This document shows, in pieces, positions 36,266-48,531 of a DNA stretch of 64,000 bases. The stretch comes from Mobula hypostoma. Taxonomy: Eukaryota. Location: positions 76,200,001-76,264,000 of the forward strand of contig NC_086108.1 in assembly GCF_963921235.1 (NCBI RefSeq), written 5' to 3'. The notes under the pieces were generated by a model, which worked only from the letters and a program-made list of their open reading frames with translations, did not search any database and was not told the origin of the DNA. Position 1 is the first letter of the stretch. Every line of letters begins with the position of its first letter. The position numbers were made by a program, and so were the translations under genes.

Positions 36266-38084
36266 CTTACCTTAGGAAATACTTCATGCAGTTAACTAAA
36301 CCGTGAATTTACTTGTTTTACTTATTGGTAACTAGGGTTGATTTCTTTTGTTACCTCCCATATTCTGTGTTCAATAATACAAATGTATACTGGGACATCA
36401 TAATAAACTGCAATATAACTAAAATATCTTTAAAAATCATTGAGAAGCATGTTTATACTTGGTCTTCATACACCATGTTAATATAAAATTGCTACGTTGG
36501 ATATGGGCTGAAACAAATTTTAGAAATTGATATGCATGCAATTTAATATGAGAATGTTAGTTTTTACATTTCAACGAACAAAAACCACAATAAGAAAGAG
36601 AACAGAGGAAGATCAAAGGAAAATTAAAACCTAACATCAAAACTGAGAAGCTTTGCATGCTCACTAAAAATATGATCTGTATTTATAAATGGAAGTAACT
36701 CAGCTAGATACTAAAATCAATTCTAATAATTTTGAATTAGTAAGAAAATTCATGCTTTAAAAGGCATTGTAATATCTGGTGTAACAATAATCAGAACGGT
36801 ACAATGTAGCTTTAAGGAGCTGCAAATGCAGAGTGTAATTCTTTTCTTGATGAAGCAGAAAGAGAAGTGATTCTTCTCTTCCATTCAGGACAGTACAATC
36901 TTGCTGGATTATGTTTTAGCGTGGAGGCCTGATGTCTCCATTTCATTATGGTGCAGTAATTTATCATGCTGTTACTGTAAGGGTGACTTTGCCCAGCTGT
37001 GTGTGGCAGACTATAGCAGTGCCACGCTGAAAAAATCAAAATGAATGGTATGGGGGAAGAGCTTTGCATCACTACTGATCTGAAGATGATAAAGACGCCC
37101 CGACATCCATCTCTTCACTGTAAATTCAGAGAGTATTTTATAATCAAGCCCTGGCAATAATAATGTGAAATTAGGTCTCTCTATCAAAGGGGAGGCCTTT
37201 TAATCATAGCTTAAAGGGTGCTGCACTGTTTATCATAATTGAACTGTATCTGAGCTAATTGTAGCCATATTTCAATGTCCTGATGCACAAGTGATGCTGT
37301 ATGTTAGGCTTGTGTTTGATTGAACCAAGCCAAAGTTGAGACAATGAATGCCTTAGGTATAAAGTGGAAGTAGACATGTACTAAGTGATATAGGGGCTTT
37401 CGATCTTTCCATTAGTGGCAAGGATTTCTTTCAGAATAATCTTGCTTCTTTTTAACCCTTGAGCAGAGAGTACTTTTCTTTAAATCTGTCTTACAGATAG
37501 CTCCCATTCAATGAGAAAGTTCTTGCAGCCAGTGCAGTTCAGGTGCATGGAACACATTACCATGATAATCCTGAGTGATATTAATTCTTGAATTATGACA
37601 TTTGGAAGAGAAAGTGGATACAATTACCAGTAATTTTTCTATGTGGAGTGTGAATTGAGAAAAAACAGATGTCAAACCCATCTGATTTTAAAGCTAAATT
37701 TTAACTCGAAGCAAAAATCTAAGGGGTGGTGCAGTGGAGCTCAGTGGCAGTTGGAGACTGTAATCATGTAAGACAGAATGTAGAAATAAAAAGGTAAACC
37801 AATAAACATTATCAAAATGCCTCCAAATTGATTCCCATGTGAAAACAGCTGGATGATAACAAGACTGGAAAATCTAAGTGGGTGCTGTGGTCAGATTCAA
37901 ACAGAAGCCCGCGGATGCAGCCCCTGGCAAGTTAACTACTTAATAGTGAAATAGTTAGTCATTCAGTATCTGATCTAGTTTCCTTCTACCCACCTTGGTT
38001 CTATAATTCTAATACCTTTGGCAACTAAAAACTATTAATCAAATTTTGATATTTTCAAATCATTTGGGGATCTCGTGGGATGAT

Positions 38085-38220
38085 AATGTTTAAGGTATAG
38101 GGTTAAGGATTAGATTAAAGTTAATTGAGATTGTTGGGGGTTGCTGGGATGATATGGCTCGAAGGGCTGTAAGGGCCTACTCAGCGCCGTACTGCTAAAG
38201 AAATAAAAATAAATAAAGTA
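38085..38220 (+). mobile_element. SINE 3' fragment
   Basis: GTTGCTGGG...GGCTCGAAGGGCTGTAAGGGCCTACTC...AAATAAAAATAAATAAA; same family as 55952-56195. Confidence 0.6.
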
Positions 38221-41200
38221 TATCCACAGCTGACTTGAATCAGTAACCTTCATCAAAAAAAAAAGTTCTTTAAAAATCTGCCTTGACCTCTTGGACTTTG
38301 CTTTCTGTGAGTGCACTTCAATGTTTGCACTACCTTACTTTCCGTTTTTCTATTTATAATTTATAATTTAAATTTTTAATATTTACTATCGATCTGTAAT
38401 CCAGGGAGTGGGAAGCGCAGAATCAAATATCGCTGTGATGATTGTATGTTCTAGTATCAACTGTTTGGCAACAATAAAGTATAAAGTATGTTATTATATA
38501 CAGAAGAACAAATATTTCTGTATTTTAATTTTGAGCTTCATACTATGCCTAATGCTTTTGTGCTATGGAAGGGGTTATATAATTATTGTCTTGCGCTATT
38601 GCTTGTGAGTTAAAATTCAACATAGTGCCATATTGCGTGAAACCAGTGCTGAAACTTGCCCGTTTTTGGCTATCTATAGCAAAAAAAGGACAATAAACAC
38701 AATAACATTGAATGTCTATAACAAGTTAAATGTGCCACATTAAATGGTGTTAACTAGAATTTAAGCAACATATTGGAATTAAATTATCATACAGAATCAT
38801 TAATGACAAAGTACTAGCAGCAATGCCAAATTTGGAAGGTGTACTAGCAAAATCGTAGGTGGTTTACATCATAAACAGGAACAGCCATTACTGGCCTAAA
38901 AGAATCTATGCAAAAAAGCCAGTAGGAAGTTTGGTTATCAAAATTTCAACTAAAGGATTGCATCAAGAAACATATAACGTCTCCTAGGCTGGACAGAAGG
39001 AGCTGGGGAAAATTACAACACTCAATCTAGAAAGTCCCTCAAGGAATTCATTGTACCACAATGATCAGCAGGAGATAACGCAACTTATCTCAACATGTTT
39101 TCTCAGCAGCACGTGGAAAATTATTTCCAGTATCAGCAGTTGTCAGAATCAAATATAAGTTATAGACTTTAATTCATTTTGTGATCCATCTGAGCTAAAT
39201 GAACACATTGGCAGGAGTGAGGCCTATAAAAAGCAGCTATGAAAAGGACTTGTACTCTTAAATGTGAAGGAAAACACTGCCATATGGAACAAGATGCAGT
39301 TGAAAGAGATTTACAGTCTAACAATTATAGAGAAACAATTGCCCTCTAGTTGATCTCTGAATCTATTAGCTCTTAATTCATCTAAGCATGTACCCATGTT
39401 CAACATTTAGACCTTGTGGTAGCCTATGATTCAATAAAGTTCATTGTTAACCAGGAGAGTACTGTCATTCCAATCCTAAATTAAGTGCAACTTGTAACCT
39501 TCCATAGCTGCAGCAGAATAATACTTATTAGATGGGATGGTGGAATATTTCTATTCTGAGATAACATCACATCCTTGACCAATGGCATGCAAAATGAGTG
39601 AATGGTGTTAAAAAATTTACATGTTCCACTTAAAAATACTATCAGATTTTTATCCAAGAACTCATGCCTGGTGAATAACATGGAGTTTGAGGAGGTTCAC
39701 TCCAGCAGTTACTAACATACTGAACCACAGTGGAATACTGAAACTTATTACAGTACTAAAGAAAGATACAATTTTTCCTTTATCCATGTGCTTCTTGTTA
39801 CTTCTGATTTGTAATGCGCCTAATTCCTAGAGGTAAATTATTTACCAAAGCAATTTAAAATCAACCCTACATTAATGGTCACAGATCTTACAGAATGAAA
39901 AAAAATATTGTGTATTTGTAGGACTAGCAATGACCATAAGTTTATTGGCTAGAATCTGGTGCAGCAAAACATTGTTAAATCTAAAACCAGCAACAAACCA
40001 GATTCTACCAGAGTGTGAAATTGGCTGCATATGAGTATGCATGGGAGCAGTCCCAATTTACTGCAGCTGCAACCACTATGCTGCCTAACAATCTGAGTTT
40101 GCCCTAAAGGCAGATTCGCCAAGACAGCTAGTTAGCAACACATATTTAGACTTTCATGGAGGAAAGTGGAGACATGCAAAGAGCACCAAGGTTCTCGAAG
40201 TGAGACAATGAATGCTGATAAATTAGACAGACCCTATCTACATTAGAGCAGTGCCTGAAAAATGTCATGCCAACACTGCTTACCATCAAGCTGACTTGCA
40301 CAGTAGTTTTTGTGGTTGACACTCAGAGAGAGAGATATATGGTTCATGCACCTCCCATTCCCTGCACACCCTGCCCATTCCTTTATCATGTATCATGCAG
40401 CTGTCAATCACAACTCTTTCTCCTTAATATCACACATCACACAAAGATCAAACCATAATTATCTAATTCAGAAATCATATATTGAGGCAGAAACTGATGG
40501 GCATAGAAGGAAGGTTATCTGAACAGACGTGTGAATACCCAGTTACTGTGTCTCTGCAAGACAGTTCATAGCAGGTGTCTACTGGGATACCCATTAATGA
40601 TCTTCTCAATAGTTAATTTCTGCAAGAAACATTCTTTACCAATTTGAATGCAGTCTGAATATTTTAGGAGGTGTGTGAGCAGTCTCCTGTGTTGTTTTGG
40701 ATTTGGACCTACAGACTCAATTTACAACTCGTTCTCAGTATTATTTCTTTTATTTGCATAGTTTGTCTTCCTTTGCACATTGGTTGTTGTCAGTCTTTGT
40801 TTAAGTATGTATTTTTTCATAAATGCTATTGCATTCTTTATTTTCCTGTAAATGCCTGTAAGAAAATATATCTCAAGGTAACATATACATTGATAATAAA
40901 TTTACTTTGAACTTTGGATTGTTTGATGCCCTGCCAACCTATGCTGATTAATGGCATCTAAGGGTAGTATTGAATGGGCCACGTTCCTTGTTGTTCTGTG
41001 ACAGCCAAACAACAATCACTATTTGGATCTGGGAGCTTCAATTCATGTACGAAGCCTTCAAATAAGTGTCAAATGATGACTTACATCATTAGGTGCACGT
41101 CTAGGAAAATATCATATTTGGTAGTGTGGATCTCAACCAGAAATGTCTGGTCCAATTGCATGATTGGCATATTCCACCCACAAATATTCAGTGATGTGAC

Positions 41201-41851
41201 ATACTCCAGGCTACAATGATTTTGGATCACGTAGCTCTGAAAAAGTCAGCACTATGCAACCTAATTTATATACAATAGTCTGTCAATCTGTGAAACGTAA
41301 CATATCTAAGCAGGTTATGTTTAAACCACTTGTCATCTGTGCAATTAGCAGAATAATGATCATATGTTATTGCAAAAGATGATACATAATAATCATTATG
41401 AATCATATTACTATGTCAGGAGTTTCAAACTGTAAAACTTAAAAACTAAAGACAATACACTTCAAAAGTTAGCATTTCTATTCAACAACTTCGATGTAAT
41501 TTTCTCCCAAACAGCGGAATTTGGACTAAAGAATAGCACATTTTAATAGAAATTATGTTCACCACCACCTGAACTAGAGATTGGTCTTAGTCTAAAACTA
41601 GTTGAGTCCCCACAATGACTTCTTCACCTGTAGGAATTCCAGTGCTCAATTCTAGGTATTGTGGAGGCTCTGAAAAGTCTGATTCCTTTTTGGATAAGTA
41701 AAATGCAAAGAAAAAACTTTTTCATAAAATGACTTTAATTTCACTTTGAATGACTTTAATATAACTCTTTATATTTTCATAAAATTACATAAAATAACTT
41801 TGAAATAGTTCCATGTATTATTTCAGTATCTTAAAAAATTATTATTCATCA

Positions 41852-42990
41852 TGATTCAAGATTGTTTAATGTCATTTCCAGTACACAAGTGTAAAGGAAA
41901 ATTAAATAATTGTAGCTTTCGATCTGATGCAGCACACAAAAGGTCACAATAAAATAAAGAATATAATAATAAAAAAGTAACACAATAAACACAAACACGT
42001 GAAACAGCATATATAAATAGATTAATTGTATTCCATAAAGTGATGCTGGTCTGAATATAAGGTGACGGTGACTCTGACAGGAAATGATAAAGTAGTGGTG
42101 GTGGGGTGGGCTAGTGGATGGAGGTGTTGATCAGCTTTACAAATTGGGGAAAGGAACTGTTTTTGAGTCTGCTTGTCCTAGCATGGATACTATGAGCAGG
42201 TTGGGTGGTGGCCTTTTTCTGGCGTCTTTACATATATATGTCCTTGATGGTGAGTAGGCTGGTGCTGGTGACTACCTGTTGTAGATCCTTCCTGTCCGCC
42301 AGTGCAGTTTCTATACCATGCCTTCTCCATGGATTGTCACCTTGTCGCGGTGGAGAAGCCTGTGTGGTCCTATGATCCTGAGAGCAATGCCGTCTGGAGC
42401 TACGCTCCTGGTAGGGTCACCCATGGCGGTAAGGTCGAGGGTGAGGTCCCTGACAAAGAACAATCCAGCCAAGACCTCAACGGTGGAACAGGCAGACGAA
42501 GTTACTTCGAACTCAACAGCTGTGAAAGCGGATGAAGGCTGCAACAAATCCATCAGCTCCAATTGACGTGGTTTCCATGCCATTGGAATCAGTTGGTTAG
42601 TTTGTGAAGTATCGTATGCTTCCTGGAGTGCAACATCAAGTACACGTTAAACAAATACACGCCCAAGCGTCTTCACTCTGTGGGCCACTTCTTCAGAATG
42701 AAGACCATCATTCTCAACCTCGAGGGATAGCCATGATACCATGCAGTGAAGCAATATGTTATGATACCCATACTGCATATCTGTAGAAGGTTTAGAGTAC
42801 TGATGTGTATAGTGCAGCGCCCTTCAGCCTTCTCAAAAAGTAGAGGCATTGGTGAGCTTTCCTGATTGTGCTGAATGTGTTCTGGGACCATGAGAGGTTG
42901 TGCAAGATGTGTACTCCTTGGAGTTTGAAACTGTTTCCACTACTATGTCGCCAATGTAAAGAAGGGTGTGAGTGTGAGTGGAGTGGTGGA
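41852..42990 (-). mobile_element. Rex1/Babar-type LINE 3' fragment, interrupted at 42322-42735
   Basis: FKLQGVHILHNLSWSQNT...RKAHQCLYFLRRLK and ITYCFTAWY; GATTCAAGATTGTTTAAT tail. Confidence 0.8.
42322..42735 (+). mobile_element. Short RTE-derived non-autonomous element with 9-bp TSD
   Basis: CACCTTGTCGCGGTGGAG...GATCCTGAGAGCAATGCC...GGTAGGGTCACCCATGGC resembles vertebrate RTE 5' UTRs; ATACCATGC at 42313-42321 and 42736-42744. Confidence 0.65.
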
Positions 42991-43019
42991 TTAGCACTGA
43001 TTAAGAATGCTTTATTCAA

Positions 43020-44660
43020 GAACACAGAATACAACTGATAGTATAGGCCCTTCGGGCCAGGATGTAATGCCGACCGATAACCCTACCCTAAGATCAATCT
43101 AGTCCCTCCTTTCTACATAACACTCCAGTTTTATTTATTGTCCAGGTGCTTATTTAAGCATTTCTTATATGTCCCTAATGTACCTCTCTTTATCACCACT
43201 CCTGGAAGAGAGTTCCACACACCCACCACTCTATGTAAAAAAAAACTTACTTCTGACATATATTTTCCTCCAATCATCTTAAAATTATGCTCCCTTGTAT
43301 TAGCCATTTCCATCCTGTGAAAAAGTCTCTGGCTGTCCAGTTGAGCTATGCCTCCTGTTATCTTGTACATATCTGTCTATTGGCAGATGGAGTTCAACCC
43401 AGACAAGCGTGATGTGGTTCATTTTGGTAGGCAAATATGACGACAGAATATAGACTCTTGGCAGTGTGGAGGATCAGAAGGATCATGGGGTAAGAGTCCA
43501 CAGGACACTCAAAGCTGCTGCGCAGGTTAACTCTGCGGTTCAGAAGGCATACGGTGTATTGGCCTTCATCAACCGTGGGATTGAGTTTAAGAGCTGAGAG
43601 TTAATGTTGCAGCTATATAGGACCCTGGTCAGACCCCACGGAGTACTCTGCTCAGTTCTGGTCGCCTCACTACAAGAAGGATGTGGAAACTATAGAAAGG
43701 GTGCAGAGGAGATTTACAAGGATGTTGCCTGGATTGGGGAGCATGCCTTATGAGAATAGGTTCAGTGAACTTGGCCTTGTCTCTTTCGAGAGACGGAGGG
43801 TGAGAGGTGACCTGATAGAGGTGTATGAGATGATGACAGGCATTGATTGTGTGGATAGTCAGAGGCTTTTTCCCAGAGCTAAAATGGCTAACATGAGAGG
43901 GCACAGCTTTAAGGTGCTGGAAGTAGGTACAGAGGAGATATCAGGGGTACGTTTTTTACGCAGAGAGTGGTGAGTGCGTGGAATGGGCTGCCGGTGATGG
44001 TGGTGGAGACAGATATGACAGCTTCTTTTAAAAGACTCCTGGATAGGTACATGGAGCTTAGAAAAATAGGGGGCTATGGGTAACCCTAGATAATTTATAA
44101 ATTAAGTACCTGTTTGGCATAGCACTGTGGGCTAAACGGCCTGTATTGTCCTCTAGGGTTTCTATGTTTATATCAACTCACCTTTCATCCTCCTACATTA
44201 CAAAGTTATAAGCCTTAGTTCACTCAAACTCATGTCTCATTAGACATGCTCTCTAATCCAGACAACATTCAGGTAAATCTCCCGCACCTTCTCTAAAGCT
44301 TCCATATCCTTCCTATAATGAGGCAATTAGAACAGGACACAATATTTCAAGTGTGGTCTAAGTAGGGTGTTATAGAGTTGCAATATTACCTTGTGGCTCT
44401 TGAATTCAATCCCCCATCTAATGAAAACCAACTCATCATACACCTTCTTAATAACCCTGAGGAATCTATGGACGTGGACCCCAAGATCCCTTGGACCTTC
44501 CACTCTGCTAAGAATCCTGCTCTTTACCTTATACTTTGCCTTCAAATTGGACCTTCCAAAGTGAATCACTTCACAATTTTCAGGGTTGAACTCTCAGCCC
44601 AGCACTGCAGCCCATCACCATCTCATTGAACCTACGACAATCTTCTACACTATCAACAAT
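43020..44660 (-). mobile_element. CR1 3' fragment split by a plus-strand CR1
   Basis: ORFs 43131-43370 (RVVGVWNSLP) and 44327-44569 (LLRPHLKYCVLF) are colinear parts of one CR1 either side of 43378-44168. Confidence 0.82.
43378..44168 (+). mobile_element. 5'-truncated CR1 nested in the opposite orientation
   Basis: WQMEFNPDK...ERVQRRFTRMLPGL...RGDLIEVY, 3' UTR and TTTCTATGTT tail. Confidence 0.9.
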
Positions 44661-44884
44661 AACCACGAACAATGATTTTGCAGTTTTTCAAACCAAACTT
44701 TCTACTGTTCTTAATGTGTAAATTACTACCCTGAAATAGAGAAATTCTTTACAAAAATTCTTGTTTTTTAAAAAAGTGAATCTTCAAGCATTATTTGAAC
44801 GTCTTGATTCAAGGGAGATTTTGCATCCTGCTATAAGGCAATAAATTTAACGCAGATTCACTTTACATAATTTAGATGAAAGGG

Positions 44885-45231
44885 CAGATAGCGTTGAGGA
44901 AGCAGGGAGTCTGCAGAAGGATTTAGACAGATTATGAGAATGGGCAAAGAAGTGGCAACGGAATATAGTGTAAGGAAGTATGTGGTCATGCACTTTGGTA
45001 GAAGAAATAAAGGCATAAACTATTTTCTAAATGGGGAGAAAATTCAGAAACTAGAGGTACAAAGGAACTCAATTTTGTAGGATTCCCTAGAGGTTAACTT
45101 GCAGGTTGAGTCAGTACTAAGGAAGGCAAATGCAACATTAGCATTCATTTCAAGAGGACTAGAATAAATAAGCAAGGATTTTATGCTGACATTTTACAAG
45201 GCATTGGTCAAACTGCACTTTGAGTATTGTG
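44885..45231 (+). mobile_element. CR1 RT C-terminal fragment
   Basis: AGSLQKDLDRL*EWAKKWQ...VMHFGRRN...YKALV; ends at the PLE junction. Confidence 0.8.
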
Positions 45232-45817
45232 GCAACACACATCAAAGTTGCTGGTGAACGCAGCAGACCAGGCAGCATCTCTAGAAAGAGGTACAGTCGA
45301 TGTTTCAGGCCGAGACCCTTCGTCAGGACTAACTGAAGGAAGAGTTAGTAAGAGATTTAAGAGGGGGAGGGGGAGGGGGAGATCCAAAATGATAGGAGAA
45401 GACAGGAGGGGAAGGGATGGAGCCAAGAGCTGAACAGGTGATTGGCAAAGGGGATATGAGAGGATCATGGGACAGGAGGTCCAGGGAGAAAGACAAGGGG
45501 TGGGCGGGGGGAACCCAGAGGATGGGCAAGGGGTATAGTCAGAGGGGCAGAGGGAGAAAAAGGAGAGAGAGAGAAAGAATGTGTGTATATAAATAACAGA
45601 TGGGGGAGGTGGAGCATTAGCGGAAGTTAGAGAAGTCAATATTCATGCCATCAGATTGGAGGCTACCCAAACGGAATATAAGATGTTGTTCCTCCAACCT
45701 GAGTGTGGCTTCATCTTTACCGTAGAGCAGGACATGGGTAGACATATCAGAATGGGAATGGGATGTGGAATTAAAATGTGTGGCCATTGGGAGATCCTGC
45801 TTTCTCTGGCGGACAGA
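45232..45817 (-). mobile_element. PLE 3' region: GIY-YIG C-terminus, UTR and hammerhead (45295-45330), no tail
   Basis: VRQRKQDLPMATHFNSTSHSHSDM...LEEQHLIFRLGSLQSDGMNIDFSNFR*; nucleotide match to 15686-16101 and 62083-62670. Confidence 0.92.
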
Positions 45818-45819
45818 CC

Positions 45820-46240
45820 CCACCTTTTAGCACCTTTTCTGCACGGTCTTCACATCCTTCCTATAATAGGGTGACCAGAACTACATATAATACTTTAACT
45901 CTGGTCTGATTTAAAGTTTTATATAGCTGAAATATGACTTCCTTTCTCTCAAACTCAACACTACTACCAATGAAGGTAAGTCCCACCCCCCAAAAAGAGC
46001 AATATCTCACATTTGTCCAGATTAAACTCCACCTGCCACGTCTCTGTCCATATCTGCAAATGTTCTATCTGCTGCTGTATTATTTGATAGTCCTTTACAC
46101 TGTCCAATCTTGGTATCATCTGCAAACTTGATAATTTTCATCTAAATCACTGACACAAACCAACACTTGCAGAAGACTACTGGTCACGTATCTCCTGCCA
46201 GAATAACAGTCTTCCACCCCTAATCTTTGTCTTCACAGGA
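45820..46240 (-). mobile_element. CR1 fragment (degenerate)
   Basis: Antisense CACATCCTTCCTATAATAGGGTGACCAGAAC (FWSPYYRKDV) and GTATCATCTGCAAACTT (KFADDT). Confidence 0.7.
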
Positions 46241-46658
46241 CAAGCTAGTTCAGAATCGATGGCTTTGTTGTAATCGATACAAAACAAACCAAATCACAGG
46301 AGAAAACAACAACCCAGGCAGCATGTGCTGTGAGATCTGATGGTTGACCTTTTATCAGAAGTGTAACAGAAATATGGTTGTTTGCCTGGGGTGCTCGTGG
46401 AGCAAACCTACCCAGAGTTCTTGCCAGTGAAACACTGGAACTAGTCACAGGGATGCAATGTCACACCATACCCGAGTTGACTGCCTTATGTAATTTCTCC
46501 TTTCAATGTCCCAGTAAAATCGACAACTAAGGCAGCTTTCAAGACAAATGCTGTGCCAGTAATATTACAGAACAATATTACCAGATAAATTGGTACATTG
46601 GTACACTGTCTGTCCAATGGTATTCTCGTGAGAAGAAAAACATAAAGGACTACATCTC

Positions 46659-46794
46659 GCAAACACCAGGAATTCTGCAGATGCTGGAAATTCAAGCAAC
46701 ACACATCAAAGTTGCTGGTGAACGCAGCAGTCCAGGCAGCATCTTTAGGAAGAGGTACAGTCGACATTTCAGGCCGAGACCCTTCGTCAGGACT
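46659..46794 (-). mobile_element. Short PLE insertion spanning tail to hammerhead, with 13-bp TSD
   Basis: Tail, terminus and hammerhead (46759-46794); AGGACTACATCTC at 46646-46658 and 46789-46801. Confidence 0.9.
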
Positions 46795-47584
46795 ACATCT
46801 CATGTGGCTCCAGGTTGTTCTCAATTCCACATTGGCATAACATCTTGGAGCAAGATACAGCAACCATGTGAAGGTCAAATGATCTGAAGATGGGTGTGTG
46901 TGTGTGAGGGGGGAGAACTGATGGGAAATAATGCGGCACCATGTCTTGGGAAGAAAAAGAATTTTCTCATGTCAGTCAGGTGTACAATTATTCACAGCTC
47001 CCTGTCTGTAATCAAAACCTCCATTAAACTGCAGCAGCAGTCATTGTTTAAAAAGAACTGATTTAATGACATTATTATAAAATGGATTGCTCTGAATGAT
47101 TCTCTAATGGAAACACCATATCACATTGGAAGGAAAACCTGTTATTGTAACTTGCTGTTTATTATCACCTTGGGAAGTATCATCAAGAGTAAAGGAGTTC
47201 AATACTGCTGCGTTCTGTTGAAAAATTCTTTGAAGACTGCATGAGAAGTATTCTGTACTCATTATACTTGCACATTAAATCTGTATAAGCAACATTAATT
47301 TTTCAAAGACTGCTATTAGTGTAACTGAAGATATTTTATTATGAATTAACACATAGAAGCATCTCTTTATGACAGTTTTAGAGTCAGCGCTTCAAGTGTA
47401 AAAGTCTACTACAGCTCTCCATCAAAAGGTCAGTTTCCTAACCATATCAATGGGCTCTGTGCACTATGGAAAAATCTTGTTCTGGCTACTCAAAAGCTGT
47501 TCTTCACATTACACTGAAGAACGAGGGAGGGAATAGATTATCAGGCACTTATCAATTGAGTGTTTCTAGTGTCACTAAAGAAAA

Positions 47585-47830
47585 ATGATTGTGCATTTCT
47601 ATAGCACCTTTCTGAACCCTAAGATATGCCAAAGCTCTTAGAGTCAATGAAGTTTAATCACTGCTCTAATTCAGGAAATTTGACAGCCAATTAGTGCACA
47701 ACAAGCACCTGGTAAGAGTAATGTGACTGTGTCCAGATAATCTGCTGATGCTGGTTGAAAGGTAAATGTTCACAAGGGCACAGGGAGAAACTCCCTCATC
47801 TTCAAAATGGCTGTTTTAATTCATCTTTCA
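47585..47830 (-). mobile_element. Deu-domain-type SINE fragment
   Basis: TGCATTTCTATAGCACCTTT...CAGCCAATTAGTGCACA...CCAGATAATCTG...CACAGGGAGAAACTCCC resembles antisense DeuSINE sequence. Confidence 0.55.
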
Positions 47831-48531
47831 GCATATGGGCATTGTTGGCAAGGCCAGCATTTACAGCATTTATTACCCTTGAGAAGAGGATGATCAGCTG
47901 CTTTCCAGACCTGCTACAGTCCTTCTGTGAAGGTGCAGTGCTGTTGGGTGGATTCAATTACAATGAAGTGACATTGGATATATCACGTTCCAGTAAGTTT
48001 CAGTTTAATAAATCATTGAAAAGCAATACTTCTAGAGTAAAAGAGGGGCTGCAAGAAATTAGCATTAATAAAAGAAAATGAATGGGATTGAAAGCCAATT
48101 AGTCTCCAGGACCTGAACATTTGTATCTTAAGACTTTGACAGCAGTGACAATGGAAAAGAGTGGACACACTAGTTAAGATCTTACAAAATTCTGCAAGAA
48201 CACAGAACAGAACAGCACATGAACAGGCTCTATGGCCCCCAGTGTTGTTCCAAAGTAATTAAGTCAGTAATCAAATGAAAATAAATAATAATAAATAATC
48301 TCTTCTGCCATTGCTGCATCTTTGAGAAGAGGATGATTGGCTGCCTTCCTGACCTGCTGTATCCTTTTATGTAGGTACAGTGCTGCTGGATGAAGCTTGA
48401 GCATTTGGATTCAATAACAATGATGAGTCATTAGCAAGAATTCCAGCCTAGCTAGTTCACATCAGCAGCAGGGAAAATGTTTGACTCTATGAAGGAATTG
48501 GCTACAGTACATTTAGAAAGTAATAATTGTA

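Noticed and set aside
47875..48420. Local direct repeat (CTTGAGAAGAGGATGAT...GACCTGCT...)
   Set aside because: Two diverged pieces of a common old LINE 3' end; nothing indicates function.
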